From: a virus
Lineage: Duplodnaviria > Caudoviricetes
IMG/VR virus record: IMGVR_UViG_3300047552_000156
Location: 1 to 43,635 of that record
Length of the DNA stretch: 43,635 nt
Direction: 5' to 3' (one strand)
Below the pieces are notes generated by a model. That model had not been told where the DNA came from. It saw only the letters and a list, made by a program, of their open reading frames with translations, and ran no database searches. The position numbers and the translations under genes were made by a program. Shown piece by piece: positions 37,885 to 43,635 of this stretch (its first letter is position 1; the number at the start of each line of letters is the position of its first letter).

Positions 37885-38437
37885 TATTTCCAACCTGCGC
37901 GACACCATTGTTCCGAAGTCCGATCAACTCAATAGCGAGCAGCTTATCGGTGGCGACATGACCATCACCGTGACAGACGTTCGCCGCGGAACTGACGATC
38001 AGCCAGTGATTATCAACTACGCAAACGACTCAGGCCGTCCGTACAAGCCCTGCAAGTCGATGCGCAAAGTCCTTATCTTCGCATGGGGTGACGATGGCCG
38101 CGAATGGATTGGCCGCAGCATGACGCTGTATAACAATCCAGAGGTGAAGTTCGGCGGCGTGAAGGTAGGCGGTATTCGCATCAGCCACCTGTCCGACATC
38201 GACCGAGACATCGCCCTGTCACTGACGGCCACGAAGGGAAAGAAGGAAGGCTTCATCATTAAGCGGCTGGAAGTCAGCAACGTGCTGACCGAGATCGCAG
38301 CGGCTCAGTCGATTGACGAACTGAACGTACTGCGCCCGAAGATGAATGGCGTCGATGGAGCCATGGCCGCAGCGAAGGCACGGGCCGAAGTTATCCGCGC
38401 AGCAGAACAACCCGCAGAACAGGACGAGGTGATTTAA
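37877..38437 (+). CDS. Conserved phage protein, candidate recombination partner of the exonuclease
   Basis: TIVPKSDQLN, YKPCKSMRKVL..WG, V.FGG..VGGIRISHLS; overlaps the exonuclease gene. Confidence 0.6.
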   Translation: MSDISNLRDTIVPKSDQLNSEQLIGGDMTITVTDVRRGTDDQPVIINYANDSGRPYKPCKSMRKVLIFAWGDDGREWIGRSMTLYNNPEVKFGGVKVGGIRISHLSDIDRDIALSLTATKGKKEGFIIKRLEVSNVLTEIAAAQSIDELNVLRPKMNGVDGAMAAAKARAEVIRAAEQPAEQDEVI

Positions 38438-38623
38438 ATGTCAGCACACATCGGATTCCATGACGTAGCGACGGTCGAGGTCGAGCCAGTAACGACCTGC
38501 CGCGAAGGTCAGCCCGACGAATTCAGCAGCCGCACGATCCGCATTACGTTCAACGACGGCACATCGCAGAGCATTGAACTGTACGGCAAGACGAAAGAAA
38601 CCATGAGAGTGAGGATTGAATGA
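38438..38623 (+). CDS. Hypothetical protein
   Basis: GAGG RBS; abuts the previous gene. Confidence 0.65.
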   Translation: MSAHIGFHDVATVEVEPVTTCREGQPDEFSSRTIRITFNDGTSQSIELYGKTKETMRVRIE

Positions 38624-38802
38624 TGGAAACCACTGAAGAAATGCAGGGCCGCATGGATCGCCTGCAAGCCGAGCGCAACGACATGATGGTGGCGCTTATG
38701 AAGATCAACGAAACAAACCGCGACAAACACGGCACACCTGCCAAACAACTGAAACGCTGCAAGGAACTGGCAGCAAACGCAATGAAAGGAATCCAGCCAT
38801 GA
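38620..38802 (+). CDS. Hypothetical protein
   Basis: ATGA-coupled, RBS present. Confidence 0.65.
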   Translation: MMETTEEMQGRMDRLQAERNDMMVALMKINETNRDKHGTPAKQLKRCKELAANAMKGIQP

Positions 38803-38990
38803 ACATCCTCTGCCTAGCCCACGACGCCGAAGGCCACGCAAACGGTTGCCAGAAGCGCGACCAGTGCAAGCGCAACCTTGCGTTTCGCTCGCGCCAGTTC
38901 CCAGAGTCAGAGTCAATCCTCGGCATCGGCTGCACAAGTAACGACTACCTTCTGTTCATCGACAAGGACGCCGATCATGCTGACGACTAA
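38799..38990 (+). CDS. Cys-rich hypothetical protein
   Basis: ATGA-coupled; C...C....C.R...C pattern. Confidence 0.6.
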   Translation: MNILCLAHDAEGHANGCQKRDQCKRNLAFRSRQFPESESILGIGCTSNDYLLFIDKDADHADD

Positions 38991-39132
38991 GCAACTAGCA
39001 GAACGCTGGTCAATTTCTGCCAGAACGCTGGAGACATGGCGGCAGCAAGGCACTGGCCCTGCGTTCATTAAGATCGGGAACCTCGTTCGATACCGTATTG
39101 AAGACATCGAAATATTTGAACGCAAAGAATAG
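38977..39132 (+). CDS. Excisionase/AlpA-like winged HTH protein
   Basis: LTTKQLAERW.IS.RTL..WR..G.GP.F.KIG..VRY; AAGGA RBS. Confidence 0.85.
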   Translation: MLTTKQLAERWSISARTLETWRQQGTGPAFIKIGNLVRYRIEDIEIFERKE

Positions 39133-39170
39133 TTGACGTGCAGCGTGTGGTGCGATATTATCACCACACG
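39133..39170 (+). promoter_or_regulatory. Second rightward sigma70 promoter with perfect operator
   Basis: TTGACG-17-TATTAT; CGTGTGGTG-N9-CACCACACG inverted repeat at 39144-39170. Confidence 0.85.
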
Positions 39171-39195
39171 TTAGCAAAACAACACGGAGCCAATC

Positions 39196-39426
39196 ATGCT
39201 AGAAAGTCGTATCGCAGGAATCCCATGCTTGATCGAGGTTACTACGCTCAACGTAGTCAAAGGAAGCTACAGCCACAACGCGCCGAGCGACTGGGATTAC
39301 TACGGCCACGCTGATGTTGAGTTCAACGTGCTTGACCGTCGCGGCAGACCAGCGCCGTGGCTTGAGCGCAAGATGACAGACGCTGATTCAATGCGTATCA
39401 AAACCGAAATTCTGGAGGATTTATAA
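39196..39426 (+). CDS. Hypothetical phage protein
   Basis: GGAG RBS; IAGIPC...APSDWDYYG...LDRRGRPAPWLERK. Confidence 0.75.
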   Translation: MLESRIAGIPCLIEVTTLNVVKGSYSHNAPSDWDYYGHADVEFNVLDRRGRPAPWLERKMTDADSMRIKTEILEDL

Positions 39427-39427
39427 A

Positions 39428-39604
39428 ATGGAAAACGACGACAAAATTGGCTGGTACGAAGTTCAGGATACCGCTGGAAACTGGCACAAATGCACCGCAT
39501 TTCAGTATTCATCCTACCGCTGCGATGGCGTTCCTGTTCGTTACCAGACAAAAGCCATGCAACTTCGCCAAGCATTTTCTGAATCACTGGAGCGCAAACA
39601 ATGA
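39428..39604 (+). CDS. Small hypothetical protein (58 aa, below the ORF-track cutoff)
   Basis: GGAGG RBS; MENDDKIGWYEV... Confidence 0.55.
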   Translation: MENDDKIGWYEVQDTAGNWHKCTAFQYSSYRCDGVPVRYQTKAMQLRQAFSESLERKQ

Positions 39605-39667
39605 AAACCGAGATCAACGAGTTCGCAGCCGACAATTTCCAGCCATGGTTTATAAAGGAGTTCGCAC

Positions 39668-39742
39668 ATGCTTACTGAACTTTTTTACTACGGCACGTTT
39701 TTCGCCTCAGTGCTTTACCTTCTAAGCCCATACGCAAACTGA
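39668..39742 (+). CDS. 24-aa hydrophobic peptide
   Basis: AAGGAG RBS; MLTELFYYGTFFASVLYLLSPYAN. Confidence 0.45.
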   Translation: MLTELFYYGTFFASVLYLLSPYAN

Positions 39743-39744
39743 TT

Positions 39745-39978
39745 ATGCACAAGACTATGATCCAGCAATGCGATCCGCAGGACGATGACAGCCTTATCTG
39801 CATCAGCGCACTGGCCCAAGGATTGATTGCACTTGAAAAAGAGATTGCCGACTTGGAACACGAAGCCGTCATGCTCCACCGCAAGCTGGCACACATTACA
39901 TGCAAGCAGCGCATCTGCACTTCGACCATACAGAAGATGATGGAACGCGCACCTTTTTTGTACGGAGTGAAAAAATGA
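39745..39978 (+). CDS. Hypothetical coiled-coil protein
   Basis: 77-aa ORF in the coupled array. Confidence 0.55.
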   Translation: MHKTMIQQCDPQDDDSLICISALAQGLIALEKEIADLEHEAVMLHRKLAHITCKQRICTSTIQKMMERAPFLYGVKK

Positions 39979-40055
39979 AAGAGTTTTCGATTTTTATTGT
40001 TGCCGACGCGATCATTTTTGCCTGCATCTACAAGATGCTGGAGATGATTATTTAA
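39975..40055 (+). CDS. 26-aa hydrophobic peptide
   Basis: GGAG RBS, ATGA overlap; MKEFSIFIVADAIIFACIYKMLEMII. Confidence 0.5.
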   Translation: MKEFSIFIVADAIIFACIYKMLEMII

Positions 40056-40059
40056 GATC

Positions 40060-40120
40060 AACGGGGCTTCAGGAGGTTAAAAGGCTGCGGGAAACAGTCC
40101 GATTAATTTCTGCCCCACCT
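40060..40120 (+). ncRNA. Candidate structured RNA element (copy A)
   Basis: AACGGGGCTT...TGCCCCACCT with nested stems GAGGTTAA/TTAATTTC and GGCTG/CAGTC. Confidence 0.4.
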
Positions 40121-40127
40121 ATCAAAT

Positions 40128-40280
40128 GAGTTATTCGAAAAATTCGAGTAACTGAAGAACACAGCAACCGACGACATTCAGCGAGTAACTGAATTAAATC
40201 AAACTTATTGCCGACGCTTTAAATTCAATCGAGCGTAAAGATTGTCTTTGTTTGGAATCGTTGGCGGTCGGTTGTTGTGT
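40128..40280 (+). ncRNA. Candidate multi-stem RNA leader
   Basis: 14-bp stem 40159-40172/40267-40280 enclosing smaller hairpins; upstream hairpin AGTTATTCGAA/TTCGAGTAACT. Confidence 0.45.
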
Positions 40281-40295
40281 AACTAGGAGAAGAAT

Positions 40296-40556
40296 ATGTA
40301 TGGATTAAGTAGCCACGAATACCGCAGCGACACGCACCCTGTTGATCGGGTAAAGCAGTTAGAGGCCGAGGTCGAACGCCTGAAAAAGACCGAGCAATTC
40401 CTACGCTCTGAGCGACCGATGGCGAGGCGGCTGACTGAGTTGGAATCAGAACTGTCCTTCGCCCGAGACGTGATCCATAACCTTGTCGATGACGCCAAGC
40501 TGACCAGCAGCCAGTACGAATTGTGCCGGCAGGCACTGAGAGAGGAGAAGCCATGA
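40296..40556 (+). CDS. Hypothetical coiled-coil protein
   Basis: AGGAG RBS; RVKQLEAEV. Confidence 0.7.
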   Translation: MYGLSSHEYRSDTHPVDRVKQLEAEVERLKKTEQFLRSERPMARRLTELESELSFARDVIHNLVDDAKLTSSQYELCRQALREEKP

Positions 40557-40876
40557 GCCACCCATATTCAGAAGACCCAAATGACCACATTGAGTACCTG
40601 TGCGAAGACATAGAAGACCTTGAACGCGAACTTGCGCAAGCCAAAGCAGTCATCGCGGAGCAGAAGGAAGTGATTGAACGTGTGACCAAGCACTCCACAA
40701 ACCGACTTATTGGACTATGTAAATGTGGAGTTGAGCGTAATGACCAAGCCGCGCTGATTAATACTCTTGCGGGGTCGCTTGAAACAATGTTGAACGGTGT
40801 TGGCGATTACACCGCAATACGGGATGCCGCCCGTGCAGCACTCGCCGCTTACGAACTCTGGAGGGAATCGAAATGA
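40553..40876 (+). CDS. Hypothetical coiled-coil protein (ends YELWRESK)
   Basis: ATGA-coupled; start refined to MSHPY. Confidence 0.7.
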   Translation: MSHPYSEDPNDHIEYLCEDIEDLERELAQAKAVIAEQKEVIERVTKHSTNRLIGLCKCGVERNDQAALINTLAGSLETMLNGVGDYTAIRDAARAALAAYELWRESK

Positions 40877-41124
40877 CACGATCTCAAGCTACACCAGAAT
40901 CAAGTCAGATGATCTGGATGGAAGGACGAATCGAGCAGTTGGAATCTGAGATTGATGTAGAGGAAAAGCGGTTCAATCAACTGGCTGATGACTATTCAGA
41001 GCAAGCCAAGCTGATTGAGGTGTTGGCAGAGGCTATTAGAAACGCAATCATTGCTGACTCAGGTTTTTACAACGACTTGGTAGAAGCAAAGCGTTGTTAC
41101 GAACTTTGGAAGGAGTCGAAATGA
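40873..41124 (+). CDS. Hypothetical coiled-coil protein (ends YELWKESK)
   Basis: ATGA-coupled; shares its C-terminus with the previous gene. Confidence 0.7.
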   Translation: MTRSQATPESSQMIWMEGRIEQLESEIDVEEKRFNQLADDYSEQAKLIEVLAEAIRNAIIADSGFYNDLVEAKRCYELWKESK

Positions 41125-41261
41125 TCCGCTACTGCCTAGAGAAGCTATACCACTTTAGCTGTGATGAATGTGGCAAGTGGTTCTCAGTTGGTGATTGGAC
41201 AAGAGCAAAGAAGATGACATGCCCTCACTGTGGAATTGAACAAGGAGTTGAGAAGAAATGA
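41121..41261 (+). CDS. 46-aa zinc-ribbon protein
   Basis: CDEC...CPHC; ATGA-coupled on both sides. Confidence 0.7.
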   Translation: MIRYCLEKLYHFSCDECGKWFSVGDWTRAKKMTCPHCGIEQGVEKK

Positions 41262-41509
41262 TTAGCAAAGAACGGTTTGAGCAATTGGTAATACATACCT
41301 GCAAAGATTTGGGTATGCCGAGTAGTTACTCATCTTATTTTTCAAATTTCGCCCACGCACTCATCAAAGCGGTCGAGGATGAGAGCGAGGTGGTTGCTTG
41401 GGGTATCGAAAGCGAGGAGCAGTTCTTCTTCGGAAAGAAAGATAAGCGGCCATTTGCGAAGGCGTGGAAACCTTATTTGGCACTCCCACTGGTGGAGGAA
41501 TCGAAATGA
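41258..41509 (+). CDS. Hypothetical protein
   Basis: ATGA-coupled; EVVAW motif; ends VEESK. Confidence 0.7.
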   Translation: MISKERFEQLVIHTCKDLGMPSSYSSYFSNFAHALIKAVEDESEVVAWGIESEEQFFFGKKDKRPFAKAWKPYLALPLVEESK

Positions 41510-41943
41510 ACTTAGTTGAACGATTGAGAACGTGTCGCGCAGCAGGTGAAGATACCTGTCAAGAAGCCGCTGACCGCATCGAGCAGTTGGAAGCTGAGAT
41601 TGCAACACTATGCCGACAACTCAATGAGCAGACTGACAGCGTATCTGTTGCTAGATACAACAACGATATGGCCGAACGGGAAGCCACCATCAAGACGATG
41701 CGGGAGGCGCTGTTCGATATTGCGACATTTACGCCTGACGAAACAGCGTGGCGCGTAGCAAAAGAATGCTTCTCCCTCCCCGCACCAACCGATCATCTGA
41801 TGGCGTACCGCGACTCTGTTATCGAAGAGTGTGCAAATCGTTTGTCATCGCTTGGTTTTGTAGGTTCTTCAATCGAATTTGTGCAGTGCAAGTGCATAGA
41901 CACAATCCGAGCCATGAAGGAGAAGACGTGTACCACGAAATAA
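41506..41943 (+). CDS. Hypothetical protein (LVERLR...EAADRIEQLE type)
   Basis: GGAGG RBS, ATGA-coupled. Confidence 0.7.
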   Translation: MNLVERLRTCRAAGEDTCQEAADRIEQLEAEIATLCRQLNEQTDSVSVARYNNDMAEREATIKTMREALFDIATFTPDETAWRVAKECFSLPAPTDHLMAYRDSVIEECANRLSSLGFVGSSIEFVQCKCIDTIRAMKEKTCTTK

Positions 41944-42059
41944 CCAAGTGTAAGTATGTTCTCTATGGATGGTGAGATCATGTTGCAACGCTTGCCGCTA
42001 AATATTACATACCTGTTATTAACTGGACTATCGGGCCGTTTGTAAAGGAGAAGGAATAA
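41928..42059 (+). pseudogene. Small ORF interrupted by an in-frame TGA
   Basis: AAGGAG RBS and GTG start; TGA at 41973-41975; frame continues to a TAA overlapping the next ATG. Confidence 0.4.
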
Positions 42060-42187
42060 TGGACTACATCTTCCTCCTAGCAATCACCGCACTTAACGGC
42101 ATGGCCCTGTTCTCCAACCTGATGCTGATGCGTCAGCACAGTGAAGAGATGGACGAGTTTAAGAACTTTGTGGAGAGTTTGAAATGA
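42059..42187 (+). CDS. 42-aa protein with N-terminal hydrophobic helix
   Basis: AAGGA RBS; MDYIFLLAITALNGMALFSNLML...; ATGA-coupled to the next gene. Confidence 0.6.
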   Translation: MDYIFLLAITALNGMALFSNLMLMRQHSEEMDEFKNFVESLK

Positions 42188-42414
42188 TCACCAACGACCA
42201 GATTCTTGAAGCGGCGAAAGCTGCCGGAATGTCGCAAGCAGAAAACGAAGCCGCGCTGTTCTGGTATCCAGAGATTGAGCGACTTTACAAACTCGCATAC
42301 CGTCAAGGCTTGCTGGATGCTGCTGAGAAGTGTGCAACCGACAGCGGAGATCAGTTAATGAATGAGTATCACGCTGCAAATATCCGACAAATGGCTGACG
42401 AGGTGGGGAAATGA
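42184..42414 (+). CDS. Hypothetical protein
   Basis: ATGA-coupled; IL..AKAAG pattern. Confidence 0.7.
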   Translation: MITNDQILEAAKAAGMSQAENEAALFWYPEIERLYKLAYRQGLLDAAEKCATDSGDQLMNEYHAANIRQMADEVGK

Positions 42415-42518
42415 CCCCTCAAATCCTCCGCTGGCTATACCCAATGTCAGCAACCCGCCGTTACCAGCGCCTGCTAAACCAGTGGCGCACAACACTAACC
42501 TATCCATGGAATAAATAA
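42411..42518 (+). CDS. 35-aa basic peptide
   Basis: ATGA overlap upstream, TAATG overlap downstream. Confidence 0.5.
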   Translation: MTPQILRWLYPMSATRRYQRLLNQWRTTLTYPWNK

Positions 42519-42856
42519 TGAGCATCGTTTCTGCAATTCTTTTCAACGCACCGCCTCCAGTTTTCAACGGTACGGCACGCGCACACTTCATCGACAACGA
42601 GCCGCCGAAGAATAAAAATTACCGCATGAACGCATACGTCAATCGGCTGAACGCGGATCAGCGTTACCGCGATGCGCTTATTCAACTCGGTGGCCGTGGA
42701 ACGTCGCGGCAGATTGCCGACGCAGTGCAGACAGAACACAACAGCGCGATCCGGTTTATCAGGAAGCGCAAGGACGTTCTGTTCCGTCACGTCGGATACG
42801 TCGAGAATCCTAGCAAGGGCCGCGATGCGCTTGTCTGGGAATGGATTGGAGACTGA
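42518..42856 (+). CDS. Putative winged-HTH DNA-binding protein
   Basis: GTSRQIADAV...SAIRFI...VWEW. Confidence 0.6.
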   Translation: MSIVSAILFNAPPPVFNGTARAHFIDNEPPKNKNYRMNAYVNRLNADQRYRDALIQLGGRGTSRQIADAVQTEHNSAIRFIRKRKDVLFRHVGYVENPSKGRDALVWEWIGD

Positions 42857-42858
42857 CT

Positions 42859-43140
42859 ATGGCAGTCATCGACCATCCAGTTTCGGATATGGTGCGCGAG
42901 TCAGCAGACGCGAAATGGGGCTGCTGGAACAGGCCGGAGCGATTCAGCGAAGGGTACTATGCGCCTGATCGAATGTATTGCGCTGACGGCGATTACGAGC
43001 AGCTTCACGCATGGATACCGCACGTCATGTCACACACCTGCCGCAACGACATATCGCTGACAGACCGTAAGTGCCAAGGATGTCGGCACATCGGATCAGG
43101 CGAAGCGTACTCTGAATCTGTCCGTCAGGCCGCATCATAG
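42859..43140 (+). CDS. Cys-containing hypothetical protein
   Basis: GGAG RBS; GCWNR...CR.D...D.KCQGC. Confidence 0.7.
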   Translation: MAVIDHPVSDMVRESADAKWGCWNRPERFSEGYYAPDRMYCADGDYEQLHAWIPHVMSHTCRNDISLTDRKCQGCRHIGSGEAYSESVRQAAS

Positions 43141-43141
43141 C

Positions 43142-43191
43142 CCTTGCGAAATTAGCACCATATCTAGTAGGTTGGTGCTATGACCACATCA
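43142..43191 (+). promoter_or_regulatory. Promoter flanked by two degenerate operators
   Basis: TTGCGA-18-TAGGTT; CCTTG-N9-CACCA (43142-43160) and TGGTG-N9-CATCA (43173-43191). Confidence 0.55.
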
Positions 43192-43464
43192 CGCGATGAG
43201 CATACCAAATTCGACAAGCGGTGGAAGCCAGAGGTCGCACGCCTTGAAATCCCGCTGAAGTCCGTCGTCAATCTGCGCCGTGTCGCCTCGGAATTGCGCG
43301 GCTTGGCAAGTCGATTGGATGCTCTGTCGCGTGATCCTAGCGACGCCACGCTGGTTCTGGAAGACGCGGCAAGAGCAGTCCTGCATACGCGCAGGAATCT
43401 TGCTAAGATCAGGTCAGTCGGCAGGCCGAAGAAGAGCGCTGAGTCACTGAGGTGGGTGCGCTAG
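43180..43464 (+). CDS. Basic hypothetical protein, probably leaderless
   Basis: 94 aa, Arg-rich, GRPKK near the C-terminus; no RBS; ATG begins 7 nt after the -10 element. Confidence 0.6.
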   Translation: MTTSRDEHTKFDKRWKPEVARLEIPLKSVVNLRRVASELRGLASRLDALSRDPSDATLVLEDAARAVLHTRRNLAKIRSVGRPKKSAESLRWVR

Positions 43465-43617
43465 ATGTAGTCACTGAACGATCAAGTACCCCAATGTTGC
43501 TTATGCGCGGGGAATGGAACAGGCCGCGAACGGAACCATAAATTCCCGTGCAATTTCAACGCACTCAAGCCGTTAGAAAATCGCAACAGCGCATAGGCAA
43601 TTCCCTACAATATCTAG
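43461..43617 (+). ncRNA. Candidate multi-branched structured RNA
   Basis: 12-bp stem 43497-43508/43589-43600, inner stems and an outer CTAGAT-GTAG/CTAC-ATCTAG pairing. Confidence 0.4.
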
Positions 43618-43635
43618 TATGCCAGCCAAAAAAAA
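43509..43635 (+). repeat. Terminal direct repeat, right copy
   Basis: Identical to 1-127. Confidence 0.95.

Larger units (their letters stand above)
1..43635. mobile_element. Complete circular podovirus-like phage genome (BPP-1/epsilon15-like virion module)
   Basis: Terminase, portal, scaffold, capsid, tail tube, ejection, lysis, replication and repressor genes all present; ends overlap by 127 bp; no host housekeeping genes. Confidence 0.95.

Noticed and set aside
41973-41975. Genome-wide TGA recoding
   Set aside because: TGA serves as a normal stop in many genes, including ATGA overlaps, and core genes are uninterrupted under the standard code
43503-43525. GCGCGGGGAATGGAAC resembling a type I-E CRISPR repeat
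   Set aside because: Single partial match lacking the CCCCGC half; no array
43509-43635. 127-bp terminal repeat as a biological direct terminal repeat
   Set aside because: The length equals a common assembler k-mer and the repeat ends inside an A-run of the terminator; best read as a circular-assembly overlap

Overview
The window is an apparently complete circular genome (about 43.5 kb) of a short-tailed dsDNA phage with BPP-1/epsilon15-like virion genes. Bases 43509-43635 duplicate bases 1-127, most likely an assembler overlap. The minus strand carries replication genes (Cro-like protein, SF2 helicase, SSB-like protein, VRR-NUC nuclease, adenine methyltransferase, primase-helicase and an iteron-rich origin). 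It then carries terminases, portal, scaffold, capsid, cement, a block of Gly/Ser-rich fibre-like genes, tail tube A/B, ejection proteins (one with a lytic transglycosylase, one a 2441-aa polyvalent protein with two ADP-ribosyltransferase-like modules and an HExxH module), a tail fibre, a 7-repeat propeller and lysis genes. The plus strand carries a CI-like repressor, a RecE-like exonuclease with an unusual partner gene, an excisionase-like HTH protein and a long array of small coupled ORFs. I found no integrase, partition genes, reverse transcriptase/DGR, tRNA or CRISPR array. The most unusual signals are non-coding: seven dispersed TGGTG-N9-CACCA operator-like sites, two intergenic elements with identical 10-nt ends, and two larger structured-RNA candidates (40128-40280 and 43461-43617). 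All family assignments come from motif recognition by eye, not database searches. Several start codons were refined from the ORF track using RBS and overlap context.
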